From Bacillota bacterium (GTDB taxonomy: Bacteria; Bacillota; Clostridia; Acetivibrionales; DTU013), in the NCBI GenBank assembly GCA_023412915.1, contig JAEZRE010000014.1, positions 156,164 to 220,163 on the forward strand: a DNA stretch of 64,000 nucleotides, read 5' to 3'. A program made the position numbers and the translations under genes. Below the pieces are notes generated by a model. That model did no database searches. It saw only the letters and a list, made by a program, of their open reading frames with translations, and was not told the origin of the DNA. This document shows positions 1 to 8,116 of the stretch, piece after piece. Position 1 is the stretch's first letter; every line of letters starts with the position of its first letter.

Positions 1-138
1 TTTTAAAGTTGTGGATTTGCCTGCTCCGTTTCTGCCTATAAAGCCTGTAATTTTACCCTTTTCAAGGGAAAACGAAATGTTTCTCAGCTCAAATGCAGGG
101 TACTTCTTATACAGATTTTTAACTTCAAGTACGCTCAT
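1..138 (-). CDS. ABC transporter ATP-binding protein (first 46 codons only; gene runs off the left edge)
   Basis: Own reverse translation from the ATG at 138: MSVLEVKNLYKKYPAFELRNISFSLEKGKITGFIGRNGAGKSTTLK, which contains the Walker A motif GRNGAGKST. Confidence 0.8.
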   Translation of the reverse strand, partial: MSVLEVKNLYKKYPAFELRNISFSLEKGKITGFIGRNGAGKSTTLK

Positions 139-355
139 AGTTAATCATTCTCTCTTTGTTTATTGCTAAAAACTTCTTTGGGGATAACAAATAACCTTTT
201 TCACCGAAGAGGTATGAAATGTTTGGCTAATACAACTTATATTATATTGGGATATTTTATAAAGTCAAGATTTCGACCGGTGTATGGGGTCCGGAGGTCA
301 ATCAGCCTTCCACTTTCTTTATATGGACTTCGATAGCATTTATTTCAAAAAATCC

Positions 356-385
356 TTGCGGATTCTCAAGTTATTGTGTTAAAAT
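356..385 (+). promoter_or_regulatory. candidate sigma-A promoter of rpmB
   Basis: TTGCGG (356-361), 18-nt spacer, TAAAAT (380-385) preceded by TGT (extended -10 like). It lies ~50 nt upstream of the rpmB ATG. Confidence 0.4.
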
Positions 386-437
386 AGTTATTGCTTTGTG
401 GAATAATAAGCACCAATCTGAAGGAGGTGTGATATAG

Positions 438-626
438 ATGGCAAAATGCGATATTTGCAGCAAAGATACCGTATACGGCAACAATGTTAGCCACTCGGTC
501 AGAAGAACGAACAGATTCTGGAAGCCCAACGTAAAAAAGATCAGAATAGTAGAAAACGGCACTCCGAAGTCCGTTAACGTATGTTCAAGATGCCTGCGTT
601 CGAATAAGGTTACGAGAGCTGTTTGA
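438..626 (+). CDS. rpmB: 50S ribosomal protein L28
   Basis: 62 aa, MAKCDICSKDTVYGNNVSHSVRRTNRFWKPNVKK..., a typical L28 sequence and length. RBS GAAGGAGG lies 9 nt upstream. Confidence 0.95.
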   Translation: MAKCDICSKDTVYGNNVSHSVRRTNRFWKPNVKKIRIVENGTPKSVNVCSRCLRSNKVTRAV

Positions 627-675
627 TAATTTTTTATTTTAGATTTTGATATCGTGTCAATATCGAAGCGACATA

Positions 676-700
676 AAAAAGGCGTTTGAACGCTTTTTTT
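676..700 (+). terminator. weak intrinsic terminator after rpmB
   Basis: aaaa(g)gcg-tttgaa-cgctttt hairpin followed by a T7 run. Confidence 0.5.
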
Positions 701-890
701 ATGCCGCTTTGATTTTTCACGCCCGTTCAGCCCATTCTAAGTACTTTTTTAATCAGACTGCCGAAGAACTTCGGCATCTTGACTACCATGATCCTCATCG
801 ACGGATTCCCCCCTATCGTCTGATAATTACATACTATTCCTCCGGACGAATTTGGTGCATGGTCAAAAACAGTAATCATCACCTGGCTGA

Positions 891-1604
891 TTGACACATA
901 TATTTTATATTATGATGCATGTTTATATTGTGGGAAGCTTCAGAAAAAAACTTAAAAATTTGGCGCTGATCACGGCAGTATGGGCAATGCTGTTTATGCT
1001 GGGCTCTTGGTTCATAGACAATCTGCTGTTATTCAGCATTTCCGTGGATTCTTCGGCCGAATTTTCGTATCCCTATACAGTTGAGGTCGATGACATATGG
1101 ATAAACGATACTTATGCCGACGATCTCTCCATATCGGTTTTCTGCCCTTCCAAGCCGAAGACGCGCGAGTTCACGGATTATGAAGCGCTTGAAGGCAGCT
1201 TCAGCTTCAAGTATCCTTCCGCTTTTGCCATAAAACCTGCGAACTTTTCCGGCAGCGATATCCTTTTCCATGCGGACTTTCATGACAGGGAAGGCACAGC
1301 ACACGGTTTTGTGCAGGTTTGGAACCTGCCGGGCGAGCTCGGCGACTTCCTTAAAAAATCCTTGGAAACCTCCAATAACCAATATAAATTTTTCAATTCC
1401 GAAAAAGTTGAAATAAATGGTGTAAGCGGCTACCGATGGGATTATTCCGTGCTCACCGGCTCCGGATATTACAGGGGCGCGGAGGTCTTCCTGCAGCGTG
1501 ACGGACGCATGTACCGGTTAAGCTACTTTGTACCCGAAAAGAAGTGGGACCGGAAACAGGCGGAACTATTCGAAAAGATGATTAATTCGTTCAAAATAAA
1601 GTAA
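891..1604 (+). CDS. hypothetical membrane-anchored protein (start uncertain: TTG 891 or ATG 912/915)
   Basis: One N-terminal TM helix (LALITAVWAMLFMLGSWFIDNLLLF) followed by a ~180-aa soluble domain. No family recognised with confidence. Confidence 0.6.
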   Translation: MTHIFYIMMHVYIVGSFRKKLKNLALITAVWAMLFMLGSWFIDNLLLFSISVDSSAEFSYPYTVEVDDIWINDTYADDLSISVFCPSKPKTREFTDYEALEGSFSFKYPSAFAIKPANFSGSDILFHADFHDREGTAHGFVQVWNLPGELGDFLKKSLETSNNQYKFFNSEKVEINGVSGYRWDYSVLTGSGYYRGAEVFLQRDGRMYRLSYFVPEKKWDRKQAELFEKMINSFKIK

Positions 1605-1608
1605 GCTG

Positions 1609-3330
1609 TCATTCCAGAAGCTTTCTGGCAGTCATAACACAGTTGCGGCCGGCAGCCTTGGCGCCGTAAAGCGCGTCATCCGCAGTCCGAACCAGATCGT
1701 TCTCATTCAGTACGCATTCGTCGAAGGAGGATATGCCGAAGCTGGCTGTTACGGAAACGCTTATCAGGTTGTCCTGTATGATATGTTTTTCGATCAGCCT
1801 TCTCAATGCTTCGACCTTTTCGTAAGCTTCGCTGAGATTTGTCCTCGGCAGTAAAATAATGAACTCCTCTCCCCCGTAACGCGCCATCATGTCGTTTTTA
1901 CGCAGCGCAGCCTTTACTGCCTTGACGACCGAAGTCAGCACCATATCTCCGAACATGTGCCCATAATTGTCATTGAATCTCTTAAAATGATCTATATCGA
2001 AAATTACAAGGGAAAGAGGATAGTTGTCGTTTTTCGCATGGAGAAACTCAATTTCGAGCCTTTCCTGGAAATAATGCCTGTTATATATGTCCGTAAGGCC
2101 GTCTTTCCTTGCAAGCTCCCTCATCTCGTCATACAGCTCCGCGTTTTCCATGACAATGCCGACCTGCTGCGCTATGATGCTCAGGAGACGTACGTTTTCC
2201 TCGTCGAAGGCGTTGTTGTATTTGTGCTCGACGAGCACCAGACCGTACTTTCTCGAGCTAGTTATCAACGGCACACAAATAAGAGAGTTGATATCCCTGC
2301 CGCAAGTGAAGACATACTGCATGTAATCGACGTTATTCTCCAATATCGTTTTCCCGTTGTTCAAAGCGTCCATCAGTATGCCACTGTTTATATTGTCAGT
2401 TATCGTGGCAAGTTCGCTTATGTTTGTGATGTTCGTAGTGTGGACCTTCAGACGCCCGATATTTTCATCGTACAGTATTATCGTAGAGCAGCTTACTCCC
2501 ATAACGCCAAGTATTATATCATTGAGCCGTTTCAGCAGCTCCTTTATATCAAGTACTGAGCCTATCGCCTGGCTGATCTGGTGGAGTGTATAAAATTCGG
2601 CGATGCTTTTTGAAAGGTTTTTATTCGATTCTTCCAGTTTTCCTGCGCTTGAGGTCAGCCTATCGTACTCCTTCTTTATATCTTCCCAGGAGCTTTCAAG
2701 CTTGAGGCATTTTTCTTCCATCTGCTCCAGGTTGCTTACGTTTTTTATCTCGCATTCAATATTACACCTGTTAAGCTGGCTTAAAAAATGTACTGAAATG
2801 TAAAACAATATGTATATGGCGAGCAACCGGCTGAGCCCATAGCCCAAAGCGCCGTCCAAAGCCGCATTTCGAGTAAGCGGCTTTAAATTCGCAAGCAGCG
2901 ATATGGAAATATTTATTAAAAGAGAAACCGTCAGTAAAACATATCCTGCGCGTGCGCCCTTGACAAGAGTCGTTATCAGGATCGGTATGATTATGATAAA
3001 ATAGAACCAATCATTGATATTCGAAAAATTCGAAATAAATGAGACAATAAATAGGAATATCAGCTTGTCCGCATAATAGACCGCCCTGTTTTCCAGAAAT
3101 CCTTTCAGGAATATCCACCTGCGTGTGAAGCAGATCATTAGTGAAATGATAAAAACTGCGGTGATCCATAAAAGCGTAGTCTTCTCTTCAGTTGACTTGA
3201 CCAATGCCGTACTCTTGAGCAACTCATTTCCTGCCAAATATAGAAGCATCCCGGCCGTAAAAAACAGGAAGGATATTCTTATGTATACCAGTTCGTAACC
3301 CTGGTATTTGCTGTACACTTTCTTATCCAT
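1609..3330 (-). CDS. diguanylate cyclase: multi-TM N-terminus, coiled coil, GAF, GGDEF
   Basis: C-terminal RYGGEEF active-site motif with RKND (RxxD I-site) 5 residues upstream. GAF-like middle region and ~6 N-terminal TM helices. ATG at 3330 (TTG at 3333 is also in frame). Confidence 0.9.
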   Translation of the reverse strand: MDKKVYSKYQGYELVYIRISFLFFTAGMLLYLAGNELLKSTALVKSTEEKTTLLWITAVFIISLMICFTRRWIFLKGFLENRAVYYADKLIFLFIVSFISNFSNINDWFYFIIIIPILITTLVKGARAGYVLLTVSLLINISISLLANLKPLTRNAALDGALGYGLSRLLAIYILFYISVHFLSQLNRCNIECEIKNVSNLEQMEEKCLKLESSWEDIKKEYDRLTSSAGKLEESNKNLSKSIAEFYTLHQISQAIGSVLDIKELLKRLNDIILGVMGVSCSTIILYDENIGRLKVHTTNITNISELATITDNINSGILMDALNNGKTILENNVDYMQYVFTCGRDINSLICVPLITSSRKYGLVLVEHKYNNAFDEENVRLLSIIAQQVGIVMENAELYDEMRELARKDGLTDIYNRHYFQERLEIEFLHAKNDNYPLSLVIFDIDHFKRFNDNYGHMFGDMVLTSVVKAVKAALRKNDMMARYGGEEFIILLPRTNLSEAYEKVEALRRLIEKHIIQDNLISVSVTASFGISSFDECVLNENDLVRTADDALYGAKAAGRNCVMTARKLLE

Positions 3331-3351
3331 CAATTTCAGTAATTACGCCCC

Positions 3352-5658
3352 CTACTTTTTCCAATATATCTCGACTGTGTCTCCCGAACGGATATTATCC
3401 GTGAATGCGGCCTGCTGTCCGTTAAGTTTGAGAACTATTGTGCCCTGGGGTTTCGTCAGATCAAAATCTATGTGATTGAATATATCTACGAATATATACT
3501 GTGCTCTGTCATCATCAAGAATTACCCTCCGCCCGTTTACGCTAATCGTCACATCCGGGTGTGCCTTGCCGCCGGCATTTTTAACCGAAGTGTCGGGCAA
3601 GCTCCGCTCCTTCGCTTCAATTCCGGCCGAAGCCGCTGTTATAGGCGATTCCTCGGGCGTTTTTACAGGCGTTTCCTCGTCTTCATCCTGATAAAGTCCG
3701 GTAGCCGCAAAGTGTGAGAAAGGTTTGTCTTCCCCGGCAGCTGCAGCGAATATGGATGATTGAGGGTCTGCCGGTACGAAAGATACCTTAGCGACAGGAT
3801 GCAGCTCGGAACACTCTACCAAATCTTTGTCAGCAAGAATATAATCGTCATCTTCGTCCCTATCGTTAACTAAAATTTTATGAGTACTCCTTTCGAAGCC
3901 GGCCGCACCGAGGAGTTCGCCCAAAGTCCTCATCTGCGTTATCTGCACTACATCCCCGTCCTTTATAAGGGTCTCTCTGTCCGTCTGTCTGCCGTTGATG
4001 AATAACAGTGTGCTTATGTCGATAACATTGCCGTTCAATCTAACCTTACCCTCCGAGAAGGAAGAAACCAGTTCATATGCTGCAACAACCGCGTCTTTGC
4101 CGTCCTCGGCCGGAATCACCACTATGCTGTCGCCGTATGCGATAGGAGTATCGAGGCTGGACTGTTTTCCGTTCACATAGATCTCCGCAGCCTTGCCGAA
4201 CTGGCCGCGGACATGACGCACCTCCCCGTTGACGGAGAAGGTCATCCCCTTTCCGGATCTGCCTATCAGATTTCCCGCGTCATAACCGAACAATATCAGA
4301 GCGTCGGCAACTGTAAGCTTCTTTGAATTGAACAGCCTGATTTTTTTATCGTTGACCGTAACCGAAAGGAAATCCTTGCCACCGTACATCTGCGCAGTGA
4401 CGGCAATGCCGTAGGGAGTGATCGATTCGGGGCCTGAAAGCTTCTTATCGTTGAATTTTATATCCCTTATAACGTCCCTGCCTCTTACTACGACCCTGTC
4501 CTCTACCAATCCCAGTTGCTGCGAGAGCATTTCGGGAAGACCCGGAATGCGGCTTCCCCCGCCTACCAGAAATACGGCGTTTGGCGCTTTGCGATTGAAC
4601 TCGAGTATTTTCTGCGAAATGGTCGACGCAAGCTGCGAAACAGTATCCTCTATGGATTTGTAAACCTCCGCCGCAGACACGGTCTGCTTTTTTTTGAGTA
4701 TGTCGGTGAAGGTTATGTTATCCCTGCTCGTCGACAGAGCTATTTTTATTTTTTCTCCCGTATTGAAATCCACAAGGTAATTCTGAGAAATTTTCTCAGT
4801 AATTTCATCGCCCGCCACAGGCACCATTGCATAGGCGATAACGCTGCCGTCCCTGGTAAGCGCGATGTCCGATGTGCCCGCGCCTATGTCGACAAGCGCC
4901 AGGTTGAGCAGCCTCAGGTCTGCCGGTATAGTCACGTTTATCGCAGCGATAGGTTCCAGCGTAAGGCTCGAAACTTCGAGCCCGATCTTGCCCATTACTG
5001 TATAAAGGCTGTCGACGACGATTATCGGCAGGAACGTAGCCAGTATATCGGCTCCCACATTTTTGCCCTTATGCCCGATAAGCTTCGATATTACATAATT
5101 ATTCAGATAATAGTTGATGACGCTGTAGCCGACACAATAAAACTGTGTCTTGTCCTCGCCGTCCATCTCTTCGTCGAGTATCATCTGAGCACGCTGTATG
5201 CCTTCTATCTCCAGGCTGCTTACCAGATCGGCGTCTATCTCGCGCCCTGCTTCTAGATTTTTTTCGACTTTGACCTGACAGGTCTTGAGAACCCTTCCTG
5301 CAGCCGCTATGGCAACTCTCTTTAGCTTTATGCCGAGTCTTGCCTCCAGCTTCTGCCTTACGTCAGCCGCCGCCTGCGCAACCTGTTCTATATCATGTAT
5401 CTGGCCGTCCAACATGGCTCTGTTCTTGTGTTCGGTTATTTCGGTGGCGAGGATTCTGAAGCAGTTTTCCTCCTGCACACCGACTACTCCGACGACAGTT
5501 CTTGTTCCTATATCCAGAGCAAATACGAGTTCTTCCTGGGATATACCGGATAACAGCCCGTCAGGCTGCTTTTCTTTTTTGGCAAGGCTTATCACTCTGC
5601 TGGTCTTTTTGTCGCTCTTTTCGGTTTTTTTCAGCTTGTTTCCGGTATTTTTGTTCAT
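3352..5658 (-). CDS. FtsA/actin-like ATPase family protein with long repeat-containing C-terminal extension
   Basis: Actin-fold phosphate motifs LDIGTRTVVGVVG, LVDIGAGTSDIAL and FLVGGGSRIPG. K-rich N-terminus. The C-terminal ~340 aa carry 8 copies of a hydrophobic-x-hydrophobic-N-[GD] motif. RBS AAGGGG. Confidence 0.75.
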   Translation of the reverse strand: MNKNTGNKLKKTEKSDKKTSRVISLAKKEKQPDGLLSGISQEELVFALDIGTRTVVGVVGVQEENCFRILATEITEHKNRAMLDGQIHDIEQVAQAAADVRQKLEARLGIKLKRVAIAAAGRVLKTCQVKVEKNLEAGREIDADLVSSLEIEGIQRAQMILDEEMDGEDKTQFYCVGYSVINYYLNNYVISKLIGHKGKNVGADILATFLPIIVVDSLYTVMGKIGLEVSSLTLEPIAAINVTIPADLRLLNLALVDIGAGTSDIALTRDGSVIAYAMVPVAGDEITEKISQNYLVDFNTGEKIKIALSTSRDNITFTDILKKKQTVSAAEVYKSIEDTVSQLASTISQKILEFNRKAPNAVFLVGGGSRIPGLPEMLSQQLGLVEDRVVVRGRDVIRDIKFNDKKLSGPESITPYGIAVTAQMYGGKDFLSVTVNDKKIRLFNSKKLTVADALILFGYDAGNLIGRSGKGMTFSVNGEVRHVRGQFGKAAEIYVNGKQSSLDTPIAYGDSIVVIPAEDGKDAVVAAYELVSSFSEGKVRLNGNVIDISTLLFINGRQTDRETLIKDGDVVQITQMRTLGELLGAAGFERSTHKILVNDRDEDDDYILADKDLVECSELHPVAKVSFVPADPQSSIFAAAAGEDKPFSHFAATGLYQDEDEETPVKTPEESPITAASAGIEAKERSLPDTSVKNAGGKAHPDVTISVNGRRVILDDDRAQYIFVDIFNHIDFDLTKPQGTIVLKLNGQQAAFTDNIRSGDTVEIYWKK

Positions 5659-5829
5659 AGCCGATACCCCTTGATATTGACATAACGTTTAAACCTTTAT
5701 TTATTCGACAATAAAAGTCAAAAATCCTTCTATATATCTGGAAAGGTATAACGTAATTTCCGAAGATATATCGCAATAGGTATTAAAGGATGTCGGATTG
5801 GGTTCCGGATGGGAATCCGGGTCGGGTTC

Positions 5830-6465
5830 TTACTTCTGTCCCGACCCGAATCTGCAGTGCGGTAATATCGGGCAATCACCGCACTTCGGTTTTCTGGCGT
5901 CGCAAAGCGCGCGCCCGTGAAAAACAAGCTGGTGGCAGAAGCTGCCCCATTTTTCGGCAGGAAGCAGCTTCATGAGGTCATACTCTATTTTTTCCGGGTC
6001 TTCATTATCGGTAAGGCCCATCCTGTTGGTCAAACGCTTGGCATGGGTGTCTATCACGACGCCCGGAACTCCGAAGCTGTCGTTGAGGATGAGATTGGCC
6101 GTTTTCCTCCCCACCCCGGGCAGCTTCAGCAAATCCTCGATATTTGACGGGACATTCCCGCCGTAATCGGAAATTATCATTCTGCAAGCAGCGATTATAT
6201 TCTTTGCCTTGTTGTGATAGAAGCCCGTCGATCTGATATCCTGTTCGAGCTCTTCCAGGTCGGCATTCGCAAAATCCTGCACACTTTTGTACTTCCTGAA
6301 CAGATCCTTGGTAACAATATTCACCCTTGCATCGGTGCATTGTGCCGCCAGCTGAGTGGCTACCATCAGCTGGAGCGGGTCCTTGTATTCTAGCGAGCAG
6401 GCTGCCTCGGGATACATTTCCTGAAGCAGCTCCGCAATTTTCAGCGTTTTTTGCTTTTTTGTCAT
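5830..6465 (-). CDS. nth: endonuclease III (DNA glycosylase/AP lyase)
   Basis: HhH-GPD region LPGVGRKTANLIL and Fe-S cluster loop CDARKPKCGDCPILPHC (C-x6-C-x2-C-x5-C). Confidence 0.92.
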   Translation of the reverse strand: MTKKQKTLKIAELLQEMYPEAACSLEYKDPLQLMVATQLAAQCTDARVNIVTKDLFRKYKSVQDFANADLEELEQDIRSTGFYHNKAKNIIAACRMIISDYGGNVPSNIEDLLKLPGVGRKTANLILNDSFGVPGVVIDTHAKRLTNRMGLTDNEDPEKIEYDLMKLLPAEKWGSFCHQLVFHGRALCDARKPKCGDCPILPHCRFGSGQK

Positions 6466-7931
6466 TTTCCCGCCTTCTTTCCAATGGCGTGCAGATAAAG
6501 CTCTTCATATTTTTTCGCCGACCTGTTCCATGAAAAATCGGTCTGCAACGCCCTTAGGATTAATTTATCCCAATCCTCCGGTTTTTCATGATATATCTTC
6601 AAAGCTCTTCTGACGGCGTCAAGCATTTCATCGGAGGAGAAATTATCGAAGGAAAAACCATTTCCTTTCCCGTTATCGCTGTCATAATCGGTCACCGTCT
6701 CGGCAAGCCCGCCGGTCGCCCTGACGATCGGGATCGTCCCGTATCTCAGGCTGATTAACTGTCCAAGTCCGCAGGGTTCAAAACGCGAGGGCATGAGAAA
6801 CATATCGCTGCCCGCATATATCCTCTGCGCCAATGCTCCGTTGAAGCCGATATATACCGCGATCTTGCCCGGAAAATCATTTGCTATGCGTCTGAACTGA
6901 TCCTGGTAATAATCGTCGCCCGTTCCGAGCAGTACGAATTGAATATCCTGTGAAAGAATATCGCCGATCTTTTCGATCAGCAGATTCAGGCCTTTCTGAC
7001 CGGACAGCCTCGATATCAGCCCGATCATGGGTACATCGCCTACAGGAAGACCCATTTCCGCCTGCAGGGCATATTTATTTTCCTTTTTATCTTTAAAATT
7101 GGACGGACCGAAATTACGGGCTATCGATTTGTCCGTCTGCGGATCGAATTCGTCATAATTTAAACCGTTCAATATTCCGAACAGGTCCCCCGAGCGTTTT
7201 CCAAGCAGCCCGTCGAGGCGCTCACCGTACTGCGGCGTCTGTATCTCACGGGCATATACCTCGCTGACCGTATTGATTATATCGGAATAGACGAGGCCTG
7301 TTTTCATAAAGTTGAACATACCGTAGAATTCGGCCTTTTCAGGAGTAAAAACGTCATACCCCACGTTCAGCAGCCTTACGGCGTAGCTTGAAAAATTGCC
7401 CTGATATTCGAGATTGTGTATCGTGAAAATCGTAGCTATGGAGCTGTAAAATTCTTCGGAAGCATATTGCTCCTTCAGCAGCATGCAAACAGGACCCGTA
7501 TGCCAGTCGTTACAGTGTATGATGTCGGGCTTGAAGCCTATCCTCGGGAGCATATCCAATACTGCCCTGCAGAAAAACGCAAAGCGGTCTGCGTCGTCGA
7601 AATGCCCGTAAATACCGTCCCTGTCAAAATACTTGTAGCTGTCGGCAAAATAGACGGTCAGTTTCTTGTTTCTTGCGCCCGCCTTGTACGGAACTTCGGT
7701 CTTCCTTATAATGCAGGTCTCGCTCCAGTTGTCGAGCTGTATCGGAAAATCCGCCACATATTCGAAATCACCTTTTATCTGGCGGTATCTGGGCATTACG
7801 GCTCTTACGTCATGCCCCTGCGCCGCAAGCGCTTTCGGCAGCGAACCCGCTACGTCGGCAAGCCCGCCGGTCTTCGCAAAAGGGGACATTTCTGCAGATA
7901 CAAACAGTATTTTCAGTTTCTTTTCGCTCAT
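6462..7931 (-). CDS. glgA: glycogen synthase (ADP-glucose type)
   Basis: N-terminal KILFVSAEMSPFAKTGGLADVAGSLPKAL signature, 489 aa, GT5-like. It overlaps the nth start by 4 nt. Confidence 0.93.
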   Translation of the reverse strand: MSEKKLKILFVSAEMSPFAKTGGLADVAGSLPKALAAQGHDVRAVMPRYRQIKGDFEYVADFPIQLDNWSETCIIRKTEVPYKAGARNKKLTVYFADSYKYFDRDGIYGHFDDADRFAFFCRAVLDMLPRIGFKPDIIHCNDWHTGPVCMLLKEQYASEEFYSSIATIFTIHNLEYQGNFSSYAVRLLNVGYDVFTPEKAEFYGMFNFMKTGLVYSDIINTVSEVYAREIQTPQYGERLDGLLGKRSGDLFGILNGLNYDEFDPQTDKSIARNFGPSNFKDKKENKYALQAEMGLPVGDVPMIGLISRLSGQKGLNLLIEKIGDILSQDIQFVLLGTGDDYYQDQFRRIANDFPGKIAVYIGFNGALAQRIYAGSDMFLMPSRFEPCGLGQLISLRYGTIPIVRATGGLAETVTDYDSDNGKGNGFSFDNFSSDEMLDAVRRALKIYHEKPEDWDKLILRALQTDFSWNRSAKKYEELYLHAIGKKAGK

Positions 7932-7967
7932 TTGAACCTCCGGTAAGTTTGGTGGTCATATAAAAAT

Positions 7968-7996
7968 ATTATATGCCACAAATATACCTTAATCAA
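7968..7996 (-). promoter_or_regulatory. sigma-A promoter of glgA-nth
   Basis: Minus strand reads TTGATT (7996-7991), 17-nt spacer, TATAAT (7973-7968). It lies ~35 nt upstream of the glgA ATG. Confidence 0.6.
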
Positions 7997-8116
7997 CAGA
8001 ACCGGAATCAACAGAAGCAGCCCGATAAACCTGTCAATTTGGTCCGGCTTCGACGCAGCAACCAAGACATGGAAAAGGCGCCATCCGACTCGATGACGCC
8101 TTTATGCAGTCAAACC

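Noticed and set aside
646-894. 82-aa ORF between the rpmB terminator and the next gene.
   Set aside because: It starts inside the rpmB terminator region without an RBS, has an odd composition and no family resemblance. It is more likely untranslated spacer.
8074-8103. Possible terminator hairpin (aaaggcg-N16-cgccttt) after purL.
   Set aside because: The stem is only 7 bp with a 16-nt loop, and the T-run is part of the stem. It is too weak to annotate.
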